Shown: piece by piece, positions 36,943 through 50,525 of the stretch
Numbering within the stretch: the first letter of the stretch is position 1
Layout of the letters: the number at the start of each line of letters is the position of its first letter
DNA from: Lama glama
Taxonomy: Eukaryota
Length of the DNA stretch: 64,000 nucleotides
Assembly: GCA_028534125.1 (NCBI GenBank)
Contig: CM052818.1
Span: 38,070,001-38,134,000, forward strand
Direction of reading: 5' to 3'
Position numbers and translations under genes: made by a program
The notes under the pieces: generated by a model
The model's input: the letters and a program-made list of their open reading frames with translations, nothing else
Told to the model about the DNA's origin: nothing
Databases searched by the model: none

Positions 36943-38314
36943 AGGGAAGAAGTAGCGTCACAGAAGAGTTGCCTCCCCCTAAATCTAAGGCTTGGTCTCA
37001 CAGAAGGACCCCAAGGACTAAGGACTGAGAGAGAGACCCAAGCCAAGTAGTTCTCCTCTCTAAGCAAGTCAGATTGGCATGGCTTTAGCCATCCTTGCCC
37101 CGAACGAACTCAGAATCTGGTGCGAGTCCTGTCCTAACTCTAACCCATCACAATACAAGGTGAATAGGGCTCAAGATCATGAAACCAGGGCAGGTAACAC
37201 GCGGACGGAGCGAGGAGAAGACAGCCAGCACAGGCTTCCTGGGAGAGACAACACGTGCACGGGATCCTGAAGGACACACGTGTTTCACAGCAGAGGGAGA
37301 GCAGTGTTCCCCTCAAGTGGACATCGTGCTGAGATAAGTGCAAAGGGCATGTGCTTCTACCTGCAGTAAGGACATCACCCTCAGTGTCAGTGATCAGTGT
37401 CAGCCCCGTGTGCTGTAACTTGAGTAGACGGCACCGTGACCTTGGCACGCCTGAAAACATCTCTCCATCTGCTACAGGGTGTCACTGAATTTAGCCTTAG
37501 AGAGTTAAAGGGACACTTACCAAATCATACCAGTCTGAGGCCTCCCAGAGAATGAGATTATCAAAGGGCATGAAAAGGGAGAAGCATTTTGGGGACCCAG
37601 AGTACTTATGTTTTTAGAGCAGACGTGGATTGAAAAGTAAATCTGCCAAGGGACAAGCAGAGGTAATTTACACACTCTGGGTTAAATCTCAGTTCTTCTT
37701 AATCCCTTTTTGAGCCCCCCTGTTTTCTCTTTCCCTTACTTCCTACCTCAACACTAAGGTACCAAGATTTGGTCTAAAACTTACCCCCTTTAGCATCCCC
37801 TGAAAATCGAAGAAACACTGTACCACAATTTGGAAACAGAATGAACACCTTACAACATAATGATTATAACATTATGATGCAAAGAGCCAGGGTTGATCTT
37901 GAGACAGAAGGATTTCTTCCTTACTGTGGGCCCTCTTAAAACCCTAAAACAAAAACGAAATCCAGGCATGCAGGATGTAGGGGTTTCATTATATGAACTC
38001 TTTTGGGGGACAGAGATCATCCAAATCCATGTGTTTTAAAGAGAGGAGAAGGCCGTGTGCTCGGAGGGCCAAGGTGCGGGAGTGTGGGTCTCTGCTCCTT
38101 TGCGATGTGGGGCAAGGCTCAGATTGTTGCATCTCAGCCTCTCCAAGCAGGACCATGCTGTGGTTTCCCTGCTGGCTCCTAACTCTGTTGTGTGAGGGTC
38201 TGCGGCGTGGTTCCACCCTGATTCTCTGAAAACATAGGATAAATATGGCACATATTTCTGAAGCACTCATTTAACTTGAATAGCAGAGGGAAATAATCTA
38301 AATACAGTTTTAAA

Positions 38315-38520
38315 ATTGTAGCTAATATTTATTGAGCACTTAATAACTGCTTAGCACTGTCTCAAGTGCTTTATATAGATTAACCAATTTATTTGCTCAT
38401 GTCAGCAATGAGATAGAAACAACTGTCATCTTCGTTTTAAAAGTGAGAAAACTAATATATAGAAAAGCTGAGTAATTGGCCCAAAGCTGTACAGCATCAG
38501 GTTCTAGACCCTGGTCCTCA
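38315..38520 (-). mobile_element. MIR SINE
   Basis: 'agctaatatttattgagcactta...gcactgtctcaagtgctttatatagattaac...agtaattggcccaaag'. Confidence 0.75.
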
Positions 38521-38777
38521 CACGCAGCCATGGGCTGACAGCCAGCAACCATCAAAAAACCACGTGGAACTGAACTCTGCCAACACCTGAATGAGCAAGA
38601 AACCAGATTCTCCCCTAGAGCCTCCGGAAAGGAATGCAAGCCCACTGACATCTTCATTATATCCCAGTGAGATCTGTGTCAGATTCCTGACATCCAGAAC
38701 TGGGAGATAATAAATCTGTGTTGTTTTAAGCCACTAAGTTTGGGGTAATTTGATATGACAATAGAAAACTCATACAC
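38520..38777 (+). mobile_element. MaLR LTR 3' half (MLT1D-like)
   Basis: 'gaactctgccaacacctgaatgagcaagaaaccagattctcccctagagcctccggaaaggaatgc...ttttaagccactaagtttgggg...aaactcataca'. Confidence 0.85.
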
Positions 38778-40289
38778 ATGAGAAGTGGGAAGTGTTTGCA
38801 GGGCAGCAGGGACTTCAGTTTTTCACAAGAAATTTTGAAGAAATATTTGATGCTTTAAATTGTGTTCATGTGTAGCCTGAATAATTTTTTAAATTACAAA
38901 GTAAATATACAATATTTTGAAGTTATCAAACCCACCGTCAGAAATTTATAACTCAGATTTAAAAACCTTAGGATAGGTTGAAGAAGACGTGACAACAAGC
39001 ATGAAGAGAGAGCTAGGATTATCTTATTGGAAATAATTATAAATGGGTAGAAATCATATTTGGTTGTAATTATAGATCTATGTTTCAGTTTTGTTTAATT
39101 TGTGATACATATTATATTTATGTTACATATTATGTTTTATAAATACGTACGCTATTTTAGTTTGAGTTTCGCTATTTTTAAATAAGCTTTGTGGGAAGCT
39201 CTGTTTCTAGGAAATCATACTCAAGAAAGAAGTACCTATGAGGAATTCAATAAGATCTGGGGCTCTGGCTTTACAAAAGCACCTGTTGCTTTTTTGCCTT
39301 CTGATGATTCCCTGCCTTAAAATGCCTTAAAATGATTCCACTGCCTTAAAACGAAATGTTTCACTTTTCTAAAATAGCCAAACAAACATAAATAGGATTA
39401 AAAGAACAGGAAAAGGAAAGGGAAATTGATGTGATAAAGGGGGAAAACAAAGCGGGATGAGCGAAAGAATTAAGACAAATCCTGGGAGATCCCAATGGCT
39501 TTTGGAGACAGAGTGTGTAAGAAAGACCCAGAAAAAAATCAACAGAGAAGAGACAGTTGGAGGCAGGGGTTGGTGTAGTGGATTCAACACAGAGGAAGGT
39601 GAGCGCATGAAGACCCAGTCACTCAGCAAACCTTTACTGACATTGGCAGTGAGCTAAGAACTCTGCCAGGCACTAAAGATGAAGAGGAAATAAACAGACG
39701 TCAAAGCAAATGAGAGAAACCAGGAAAAGAATGAACATTTGAGAACACAATTTCAGTTTTACCACTCACAGCCAGCAAAGCACAGCTAATTAATGACATC
39801 AGAAAGAACATTAGTATCTTCCTTGGTTTGGTAACTGGGAAGAAAGAGGTCGTCAGGGACACTGAATCCTTCAGTCCAACTGTTCATCCAACTGTGTGCT
39901 CAGCAGGTGTGTCTAGAGACGGACTCCGTGGACAGATTACTCATTAGTATCAGAAATTGGGAGGGGGAATGGCTCAAAGCATTCCCTCTGGCCCTGAGGG
40001 ACGCTAAGAGTCAACAAAGGGGCTCAGTGAACACAGAGGCCATGGGCCCTTCTGCCTTCACTGGAGGGTTTTAACATCCACAGAGGTGGTGCCACCACCT
40101 AGAGTGGTCACCCACAAAAATGAGGGCGTGTGGCCTTGAGCTCACACAGGAGCACGGAGTGAAATCTGCTCTGATGAAATGTACGCGGCTTTGAAGAATT
40201 TGCTTTGCAATTTGAATAAGTTTCATGTTTTTTTAAGTTTTTTTTTTTTTGGTAATATTTCATGTAAAGGCAGATTAGTAGTGAAAGGC

Positions 40290-41150
40290 ACATGTTTCTC
40301 TTGGCTCTTTTATGTTGTCTTGTAAATGCTGGGTCTTCAGAAGTTGCATAATTTTTGTCTCTGCTCTGGAGGCCTGCTGTTTCCTTAATTGATGTGGTAG
40401 CATTTGACTGGCTTTATTTTCATCGTCACATAATCATTATTTTCCGTATCTCAGTTGTTGCTCCATTTCATTAACTTTTTCAGAAAATCACTCCCTATTT
40501 ATCTATTTATAGGTTCTGAATGCGTGTAGTCTTTGTCCAAAACCAGTATGATCTCCTTTATCTTCTTGCTTTTGATCTTTAATTTTCCTTTGTTCGGAAT
40601 CAATCATTTTTCCCCTCGATACTCCTTTTGATGTTCCCTTTTTCTAGCTGCTGCCACAGTAATTGGACTTTTCTTGAATTTGTACTTTATTTAAAATCTT
40701 TTGCTTATAGGTGGTCCATTTGGGGGCCAGTAGTAGTTCACAGGTCCTCAACAGCTCGTCATGTGCCCCACATTCTCGGCCCCTCCAGTCCCATTTCTGG
40801 CCCCTTCCTTCACCAAAATCAATTTCCTAAAAGGCTTCTGAATCTCTTTCTTCCCACCAAGTAGCTTTTCTTCCCTTTTGTTGAGTTTTTCTATTTTTGT
40901 TTGCCTATCATTTCCTTTTAACCACAGAATCACCATAATTTATAATCCTGGTCCTTTCATTACATGTCAACTTACCTTTCACATTTTCATATGAACTCCT
41001 AGCACCATTATTTACTTACGAATCTAAACTTTTTAGATTTTCTATCAACTGGTATGGAAAGATGGCCTTTCATAGTGCCAAGTACTCATTGGTTTAATGT
41101 AATTGTTATCTTCTAAGATCATTAGATCCATTTTAGCTGATTGATTGCTT
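40290..41150 (-). mobile_element. Probable ancient non-LTR element (L4/RTE-X-like) ORF2 remnant
   Basis: A-rich minus strand; degenerate 'ggccatctttcc' (~SDHxP endonuclease motif, ~41060) and 'tggttttggacaaagactac' (~WFDKEC, ~40535) in the expected order. Confidence 0.4.
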
Positions 41151-41778
41151 TGGCATCTCTTATCCTCAGACTTAAGCCAGGAGGAAACTGGGAAGCAGAG
41201 TTCAATATCTCTCTGTGGAATGAATGAATGAATGGAAACCCGTGTGTATCGGCTCGCGGGAGCAGTGCTGAGTATCTCACCATCTCATTCTGTGTTGCTT
41301 TCAGTGATGTACATTTAGATCCAGTCAAGCAAGGTAAGGCTGTGAATCTCCTGTTTCTCTGATTTCAAGATTTCACTAACTGTTTATGAAACCTTTTATC
41401 TAGTTAACTCAGCTGCTTGCTATTAAGATGTGTTATCTTTTTGGCTCAGAAATAGAAGTCCCAGTGTAAAGAAATAAAGAGGCCTGGTGCTCTCTGCTAC
41501 TGAAGCCCTGCTTGATTGTCCCTGGCTTAAGCTTCCTGGGGCTAAATTATCTAAAACACATCTTGTTTTAACATTGTGAAATGTAAATTCTAAGCAATCA
41601 GGGGGCACTTGCCTGGGCCCAAGAAGGCAGTGGTTCTGGGGGATGGTAAGTGGAAGAAACAGGTGGAACATTCTCCCATCCCTTCACCACTGATGATAAT
41701 TTGCCCCCAAGCTCTAATATTCCTCACTAGCATTCCCTGGGTGCCATCAGCACACACGTCCCTCTGTTTGATTTTACC

Positions 41779-42702
41779 ATGGGCTGCTGCTGGGGCTACA
41801 TTGGCCAGTGGCCCAGAATCCTTCCCTACCTGAAGCAATGTAGACCCTCAGTGCTTCCTGCTTTCATGTCATCGTGGCTGTCCCAGACTTGGTTCTTGAC
41901 CACCTGCATAACATGTACCCTCTCTCAGTTTCCTGTATTTGCTGTTTCTGGTGTTCACCTATCAGTTCACGAAAATGATTATAGCTGCCATGCTGCTCGA
42001 TCAATCCTCCGAGGTGGTGTCGCTTCAACTCCTTCCAGCCTCCATCAATTATGCCAAAACTGCCACATGATACCAAGCCCACCTCATTCAGGGACACCAC
42101 CATCGCTGCCTTCTGTCCTCAAGGAGGACACAGTGATATCCAGAGCAGTGCCACCAGCTCCATCACTCCCAGAGTCACTGGCACACAGCTGCCTCCGCAG
42201 GCACGTGGCACTTCCGCTGCAACAGGTGCTGAGCACGGCCACTCCGCCCCGGGTGCCACCGCCTCAGAGACCTCTGCTGTATGCACTGAAGCCTCCGTGT
42301 ACTCAAAGCAGGCTGTGTCTCCTGGAACTCATACTGCATTTCAGCTCATTCCACATCCCACGCTGGACCAGGCTGGAAAAGGCCTCGTTACACTGGAACC
42401 AGAACAGGCCTCCTCACCACACACAGCCCTGCAGCGATTTCAGTGGAACTGTTTTCCTTCGTTCAGTTCTTTTATTCCTTGTTTTTGTTTTTAACCTCTA
42501 CTTCCCAGGGTTCCACCTAAGAGCCCTGGGGTTAGGGGTTATGGAAGAGGTGGAAGCCAAGAGCTTGATAAGTCACACTCTCACAGTTGCCCCCTGCCCT
42601 GGTCCTCCACCCAATGTCCTTGGAACGTCCGCGTGTATTCAGTGCTCTTATCATAAATTGTGTTATCTTCCCAGAGAACTCCTGGGTTATTTGTACAACT
42701 AG
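41779..42702 (+). other. Orphan 307-codon ORF with no recognisable homology; coding status unsupported
   Basis: Longest ORF in the window; start context accATGG; Pro/Ser/Leu/Cys-rich; no domain recognised. Confidence 0.15.
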
Positions 42703-42859
42703 ACCTCTTTGGCCCTGCCTCATGGGCTTGTCAGGCTGTTTGAATCCTAGGGGGAAAGAGACTAGGTTCAGTGTGAGAGCCCTCCCTTCCTTGACTCACA
42801 CTACACAGTGACATTAGCATGTCTAATCCTTTCCATCTTTATTTCCCATAATCTCTCTT

Positions 42860-43075
42860 ATTTACCTACAGCTCTGCAGGTTACAGGTATTTTCACACCA
42901 ATCACCTCATTGGTTTTATTATAACCCCATGAGGCGCACAGCACAGGTATTATTATAACTGTTTTCATCCTGAACCAGCTGAGACCCACGGCTGACCCTT
43001 GCCCAAGGCCGTATGATGAGTGAATTACATGATTTGAACTGAGCTCAGCTGTGCTAGTTCTTGTGACTTCCCTAT
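42860..43075 (-). mobile_element. MIR SINE
   Basis: 'ttttcacaccaatcacctcattgg...aaccccatgagg...ccttgcccaaggcc...gatttgaact'. Confidence 0.7.
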
Positions 43076-44684
43076 GACACCAATCCTCCAAATCCCTGAG
43101 TTATGGTTAGTGATAAAGTTTGGATGAGAATAATCTATTTTCAGCCATAAGCACAACCCATTAAGGAGTTTGCAACATTAGAGTTTGGAAAATATGACTT
43201 ACTTGTAAATTAAGCTGGAAATTTGTAAGACAGTGTTTTCCTGAAGAGAATTCCCTCATAGCTAATAAACACGGCACAATTTGAGTTAACATCTGGGAAA
43301 ACAAAACAAGTAACCAATTGATTAATTTAATTCCTGTATAGACTCTGACCCAAAGGGATGGCCCTGCCTGCCAGGTAGGAAGGAAGTGTTTCAATTCAAT
43401 TCGCCAGGCACGGACCCAGGCTGCCTCTTTCCCAGGCCCTGCGCTAAGGTGCAAGGAGGGATTGCAAAGATGATTACAAACTGGACCTTAATATCAAAGG
43501 GTTCACCGTCTGCCGGAGAAAATGAAACGCTGACACAAATAACCACGAGACAGGTTGAATGTGATAAGAAACAGAGAAAAAGCCGTGGTAATCTAGGGGA
43601 GTGAGAAATACGAGTGACAAAAACATTCTTTAAGATGTAAATAGCTTTCCTTTGCTGCAGAATAGGAACAAGGATCAAATCCAGTTTATAAATCGTATAT
43701 ACAGGAGACGGAAGGTGACCTGAGCACCCCACCCCAGATACGTGGTCTTCTGTTGTCGGTACAGTCGGCGTGGGTTTTCCGCTTAACATCAGCGTTCAGA
43801 GAGAATGCTGTATTGTTCTCAGTCGGGGGCAGACTTTAGAATCTCGCTGAAAATTAGGCCACTCAGCTGTGTGGGTGATCTGACTCAGTCCAGTCCCTTC
43901 TGTCACAATTGATGTTTTCTAGTTACATTAGGAGCCTTAAATGTCCACAGGGCAGATTCCCATTTCAGCAAGGTGTGTACAACCCGCTAATGACGATCTC
44001 AAATGAGAGAGTCGTGTGCATCCATACAAATTGAGATCACACCTCCATCCTTGGAATATAGTTGTGATTACATTAAAGACACATGACAAGTCTGTCGCCT
44101 CTCATTTCCTTTCTCGTGTGCGTGAGCTGTGTTGGATCGCTTTATCTCCTATTAAATTGCTAGCGTTTCCTCTGGACTCAGATACGCCTTCTCTAGGACA
44201 AAACCGCAGCACACCCAGCAGTTCCAGGGAGGAAGTGAAAAGGAAGCCACGTCCACGTACGCTAGTGTGTGTGTGTGTGTGTGTGTGGGCTAACAAGCAC
44301 ACGCGTGCTTTTCCCAATTCCAAAATGCGGATTGTGGGCATTAGCCTGGGGCTTGCTTTCAATTTTCTTCTGAAAAGATACAGCCTGGTTGGCTGATACC
44401 CACTGCATCTCACATTCCCTTCTCTCTGAAAGCGGCCAGGCACACCCTCTTTCCACTTTGCATGCAGAGATGTCGCAATGGTGACCAAGAGCACTCAGGG
44501 CTTTGCTGGGGTGGGGGGCGGTTCCTGGATTAGTGATCAAACAAAGGATACAGGGAACCACTCTCTGCATGACCATGTAAGGCTTTTTCTGGGAAAAAAG
44601 CCCATTATATTCTCACATCTATTTACTTTAAATATGGAGCCTTTTCTTTTTTCTATTACCCCATTTTTTTCATTCTATTTGTCC

Positions 44685-45180
44685 TTACAATTCCTGAGGA
44701 GACATGACTAATCTTATTGCTCTCACTTTATAGGAGAGAAATAAAGAACCAGAGATGTTTCTAAAAGGGGAGAGGGGCCACGTAACACAGAAGCTTAGCA
44801 GTGGAACCAAAGTCCAGGTTGCCACACGTGTAGTTCTGTGATCGCTCCTCTGGTTCTATAAGCCCGTGGATGCTGACTAGCAGGGTGCTAGGTGATGGGG
44901 ATACCCAGAGAGTGAGACACGGGCTCTTCCCTGGAAATCTCAGGCCATATATGGCATTGCCCTTCATAGAGCAGAAAAAGCATTGGCCTGGGAATTGGGA
45001 ATCTGAGTTCCACTCTGGACTCTGTCCCTGACAACCATGATTACCTTGAGTAAGTACTTTAATATCTCTGAGCAATAACAGGCCAGCCTCTGCCTACCCC
45101 TTGGTAATTGTGAGAGTCAAAGAAATAAACTCATAGAATGAGTTTGGGAAGCAGAAACTGCTCTGAAAAGTGTACATCTA
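44685..45180. mobile_element. Two MIR fragments (minus ~44685-44860, plus ~44980-45180)
   Basis: 'ctcactttataggagagaaataaag' and 'atctgagttccactctggactctg...accttgagtaagtactttaatatctctgagc'. Confidence 0.65.
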
Positions 45181-48100
45181 TAGTGATTTAGGGCTGTCAG
45201 AAATACAAATATGGGTGGAACAAGGAATACACAGGCTTAGAAAGGATCCCACTAGTGTACATGACTTGAAGAGTGAATTAGTCCATCCCAGGCAGTGGTT
45301 TCTAAAACCCTTGTGTGAGCTGATGCCTGGGATGAGTAAGGGCTTTAAAAAAAAATCATCCAAATGCATACACTGGAAATATCCCAGGGAAACAGGGAAT
45401 GAACTCACACTCCTAACAGGGTTCTCCATGGCTCACATTCAGAGATTCAGGCCAGGAAATTTGTTCCCTGTCAGGTTGCCCCAGTGGTCAGTGTGCTTTC
45501 TACCTAAGGCAACGCTTCCGTCACACCTGCTCTGGACAGCCTCTGCCCCTCCCTAATTCCCTCTGCCCGCTTCTCTCTTCCTGCCAAAGCAGCCCACAGA
45601 GACTCAGGTCATCCCTAAGGTTTCCATGTTAATCCCTTTCTCGAAGAGAAGTCATCATAGGAGTTTGACAAATGCTAAATCACTGGGCTACTACCATATC
45701 TTCCCACATGTTTGCAGGGATTTCTTTAAAACAATCATCTGCTCCACAGTTTATATATTAAGTTCTGGATTTCAAAATGCTTTATAAATTGCTAAACTTT
45801 GTTTTTTAAAGTTTCACTTACTGTTGGCAAAGCTATGGACATCCTGTGATTTCTACTTTCTGCAAAACCATAACCTGCTTTTCTGAGCCAGATCGCACCG
45901 TCACTCCCGAGTGGACCAGTCACCAATCTGTCTACCACGTTTGACCCCAAGCCCGCGAGCACCAGGCTCTGTCAGCCTCACTGGGTGTCCTCCGCGCCTG
46001 CATCTGAGAGACCCACGAGCGGCCCTGTGGAATGAAAAACGAACTTTACATTTCACTCTTCCACCTGGCTCTTAAGACCATCACAAATGGCCATTGGTTA
46101 TAGTTACTGGGAAACAGAATCTAAAATATTTAAAGCAATTGATTTCTTTTTCCTGTGTAAACAACTTCAGAGATAAGCTAAGGGTTAGCATATTATCTTT
46201 ACGTTTCCCTTCACCTGCACTGGGGAGAGAAGGGAGGGGTGTTTGGGAAGATGCAGCCATAATCTTTCCCAGCCGAAATACCTAATTACACTCAGGTCTT
46301 GAATCCCTAAGTTAGCATATTTTGCCCATTCATTGCTCAATAAATATTAATTGGTGGAGATGGGTTATAATTTAGCATGTGTATAATGTATAATTTCCCT
46401 GTAACCTATAATTATCTTAAATGTTCAAATGAGGGAATTGATTGGATTGAAAAGAAAATAACTTATTTAACTTTAAAAAGGTTGTTATGATCTAACTCTT
46501 TGCAGAATTACCCACCTTCAGACATCACTTACACGGGCAAACTACTAGATGCCACGTTCCGTCCCAAGGAAGACAAGACAGCATTGACTCTGAGCTCAGC
46601 TTTATGTGTGCTCTCAAGTTCTCTGTGTATTAGAAATATTCTGTGATATCGGCCCACTTTCCATGAGAACTGCCTCCTCCACACACAGGAACAAGCCCCC
46701 CGCACCCCCCTCCATAGCGCACACTTGTTTTATTTGACCTTATCTTCTTGGTCATGAATGACTGGACCAAGGAGGGGTAGACTCTTTTTTTTTTTCTATG
46801 TAAAAATTGTGTTTGTTATTACTATTTACCAACGAGAAGACATAATTTATTTACACCAGCAGCCAGAGGGGCAAGGTGAATACACAGTGTTAGTTAGCGC
46901 TTGGGAGCAGACTCTTGACTTAAGCCAAACCCCTCACATTATTTTGCCTAGGAATGTGGAATTAGAATTTGACTCAACCAGTGCTTTCCCCATGTGTGTG
47001 TGTGTGTAGGGGGAGTTGAGAGGATAGAACTGAGAGGTTGCTGGGCAGTTATCTTCTGCCCAATATGGAGAGAGAGAGTGAGAACGAGAGAAAACCAGTC
47101 TCAGAGAGAGGAAGAATGAGGAAGGGAAGACGAGCAGAGAGGGAGACAGAGGACCGGGAAGGAAGGAGTCCCCACCACCTGAGTCTGCAGGGGCTTTCCA
47201 TCCCCTTCTCCCATGCCCTTGAAAGGCCAGCTGCTCTATGTCCCCAAGGTACACCAGCATCCTGGCAACAAGTCCGCTTTCATCCCACTCACGTCTTTCT
47301 TAAATTAGTTCTAACTGATTTCTGTTGCTTGCCATCAAAAGAATCCCCTCCAGGACCCCTGAAGACACTCATTCAAACAAAGGCGAGCAATGCCTCTGCC
47401 CTTCCCCGTATTTTCCCCATGGAGAATTTGCAGTCTTCGCTGACTGCCTACATGCCAAACTCAGTGTTTCGATGAATAAGCATAAATCATTATGTCTAAT
47501 TTTGTTAATCCCTACTGGTGGGGATGAGAATAAAACACGGTCTTCATTCTCAGACAGCCAAGTGCTGCTCTGGTCAAGAGCACAGGAGGAACTGAGTGAG
47601 AGCTGCCTGCAGACGCATAGCCTTGATTCAGCGCTGGGAGGGGTGATAAAGAGTGTGATCAACAGGGAAGAGAAAGCCCCCCTTCCAGCTCATCCCCACA
47701 CATACGCCCGCCCAGACTTCAGCGCACACATATACACACACGTGAGCACAGTGGGAAAGAGAGGGCAGCTCAGAAGCCAAAGCAGTGCTCTCTCCCTGAC
47801 ATCCTCATTCTCCACCTCTCTGGAGTCTTCCAGAAGCCGCAGGAAGCATTCAACCCAACCAGCCCTCCCATGGAGCTTGTAATCAGAATTGCCATTCAGA
47901 TCCATCTTCCAGGACTCCTTGCTTTGCGGTTCTATTATTGTTTCATGAAACTTTAAAACTTTCCACCTTTCCTTCATTGTAGTCAACTTTAAATAAATTC
48001 AGAGTGTCACTTGTTAAAATAAATGACATTTAAACAACCTCAGCATGGTAACTCATTCCTCATTATCATAGAGAGCTCTTCTGAAAGGTCTACAGTACAT

Positions 48101-50229
48101 TATCTCTACGAAATGGATTTTGCCTTCAATATTAACCTCATTGCTCAGAGAGGACAGGTGCTAAGCACTCTGCTGAGAGGTGGCATAGAAATGCATAGGT
48201 AGATTGATAGAATCGAGCAAGTGATGATGAACTAAAACAAAAGCAGGGAAAAGGTTTAGGTTAAATATCAGGTAGCAAAGCTGAGCTGTGAGAGCGCTGC
48301 AGCGACTGAGCAAGCGCCATGGAAGCCTGAAGAACATTTTTATCATTTTAGCTACGCGGAGCTCACTCGACCCGCGCTTCTGGCGAGAGAAGCCACCTGT
48401 GGGGTGCGGCTGCTAACTACGAGCACCCCAGACAAGCCCGGGGCACCTGGTTCTCTAGTGCCCTCGTTCTACAGTTTGGACAACTGGGGCCCAGAGCAGG
48501 CACTGCCCTGCTCCAGGGTGCATGGCGACTATCGTAACGAGAGCTCAGGTTGGCAAGCTCACTGCCACATCGTTCCTGCGCACCATGCCGTTCTCACAGC
48601 TCTTTTGCTCCTCCGCTTCCTGACCCCCACCCTCCAGGCTTTTCTTTCATCCTCCTTTAGAGCATGGAAGCAACCGATCCGAATGCCACTGCCCAGCCTG
48701 CCACTGTGTTTTCTGCACATGCATTATTTCCTGCACCATCCACACCCAGGAAAAAAGATTTGTCCTTAACAACCCAAGGAACTAAGGGGTCCTCCGCTCT
48801 GTTGGTGGCATTCAGAGCCATGATCCACGAGTCAGGTCACGGCCACTACACGGGCACATCCATTCCCACCAGAGGCTGCCAGTCTCTGAACCAGGAGTCC
48901 CACAGGCACGGCTGCCTCCTCGCCCACCACCTCTCTCTGAATCCAAGAAGTCAGTCTCTAAGGATCTCATGAGGGGTAGCGTCTCCCACACTCTGGTCAG
49001 GTGCTGTGAGCTTGGAAAAGCTAAGCAAAACCTTCATAGCACCTGTGCTGTGTGCCCAGCTCTGAACGTGGGCTGGCTGAGGAGAAGACTGAAAGAGAAC
49101 GCAGCCTTTATTTACAGCCTAGGAATAGATGGGTAAGGAGGCAGGTTTGACATGCATGAGGCAAAGGAAGAATGTATGACAGTACCCATGGGCTGTTTAA
49201 TCCACTGCAAAAATGAAAAGAAGTCAGTGTGGGCTTGGGTCAGAAGACAGCAGGCAAGAGCACTGGATATGGCTAGGTGTTACTTTTGTAACCCACAAAA
49301 CAAGTCTGTATTTTTAAAAGAAAGTAAGAACACAGAAATGAGAGTTCAGGGACAAGAGTTAGGGTCCCAGCCCATAACTTATCATGCGATCTGGGACTCA
49401 CTCTCCCTTCCCAGATGTCCTCACTTGCATGACAATGACACCTGGGCCCCCTTTTGGGGACCCACCGCTACCTCTCTGCAGCCCCTCCCCTGTGGTGTCA
49501 TGTTGAACAAGAAGTGAATTCCCTGAACGCTGCCATCTGCGTTCTCAAAATTTCCCTGGGGCCACAGTGACTCCTGGGTCTTATAAATTTTCTCTCCAAT
49601 TAAAAACATTGTCATAAGGTCCAAAAACAGTGCAAAGTTTATCTTTAGAACTCACACTAGTAAGTGTTTAAAATAACTATTTATTGGCATTAATGAAAAT
49701 ATTTGAGGTGCTCTTAGAAAGTTCTAGTTGTGAAATATCAATAAAATAATTGCCTCATTCCAAACAGTGTACGGTTCTAATTAATTCTGCATAAGACATT
49801 TTTCCAGCTTCAAAGATTGCTTTACTTGTATTGCATAACAAAATAATGGTATAATTAGGAATAAATTTGTCACTTTTATAAGTAATTCCTTTTTATTATG
49901 TGTTTGGAAGCAAAGCACAAGCATGATTAAAGCCCCCTTTAAAAGGTTTTATTAATTATTATGATTATTATGGATAATAAGCGTCCACAAGCAGCAGAAT
50001 GTACCCCGGGCAAGATGCACAAAGCCACAAAACATGGCAGGAACAGGGACGGATGCCGGATTCAGGTTTCTTTATCCTCTGTGGCTCAAGTCTCACTGTC
50101 TGTCTCATCCCTTGTGCGAGGCAAGGGAGTCCAGCGGGGAGAAGATTTCACCTTTAGCCTCCTGCCTCTGCTCAGCACCCTCCCCACGGGGCAACCCGGT
50201 AAGTAGACCCCTTTGTCCTGATCACCCTC

Positions 50230-50525
50230 TTGCCTTTACTTACTTCCCCTCCAACACTCCCAGTGCTGCCGAAGCTCAGTCAGTCCTCAAGATTCAGCTC
50301 GGAGAGTCACCTGCCAGGGAGCCTCCTCTGGCTGCCCCTCCGGACTGGGGGCCCCTCCTGAATGACAGATCCCGTTCTGTTCACTTGGTGTTGAGCAACT
50401 CGAGGGTAAGGACAGCTTCTTGTTTTTGCTTTTGTTTTTCTTATGTCCTCAACACAAAGCCAGTTGTAATAGTCATTCAAGAACACTTAGATGGGTCAAT
50501 TAAAAACAGAATAAATGAATAATAA
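50230..50525 (+). mobile_element. L2 3' end
   Basis: 'tcctcaagattcagctc...tcacctgccagggagcct...gagcaactcgagggtaaggacag...aataaatgaataa'. Confidence 0.6.

Noticed and set aside
39303..39352. Short duplications of 'tgccttaaaa' and 'atgattcc'
   Set aside because: Slippage micro-duplication with no spacer structure; not CRISPR-like.
40227..40250. Poly(T) tract suggesting a minus-strand processed pseudogene
   Set aside because: No recognisable parent CDS or TSD; the adjacent sequence fits an ancient LINE remnant better.
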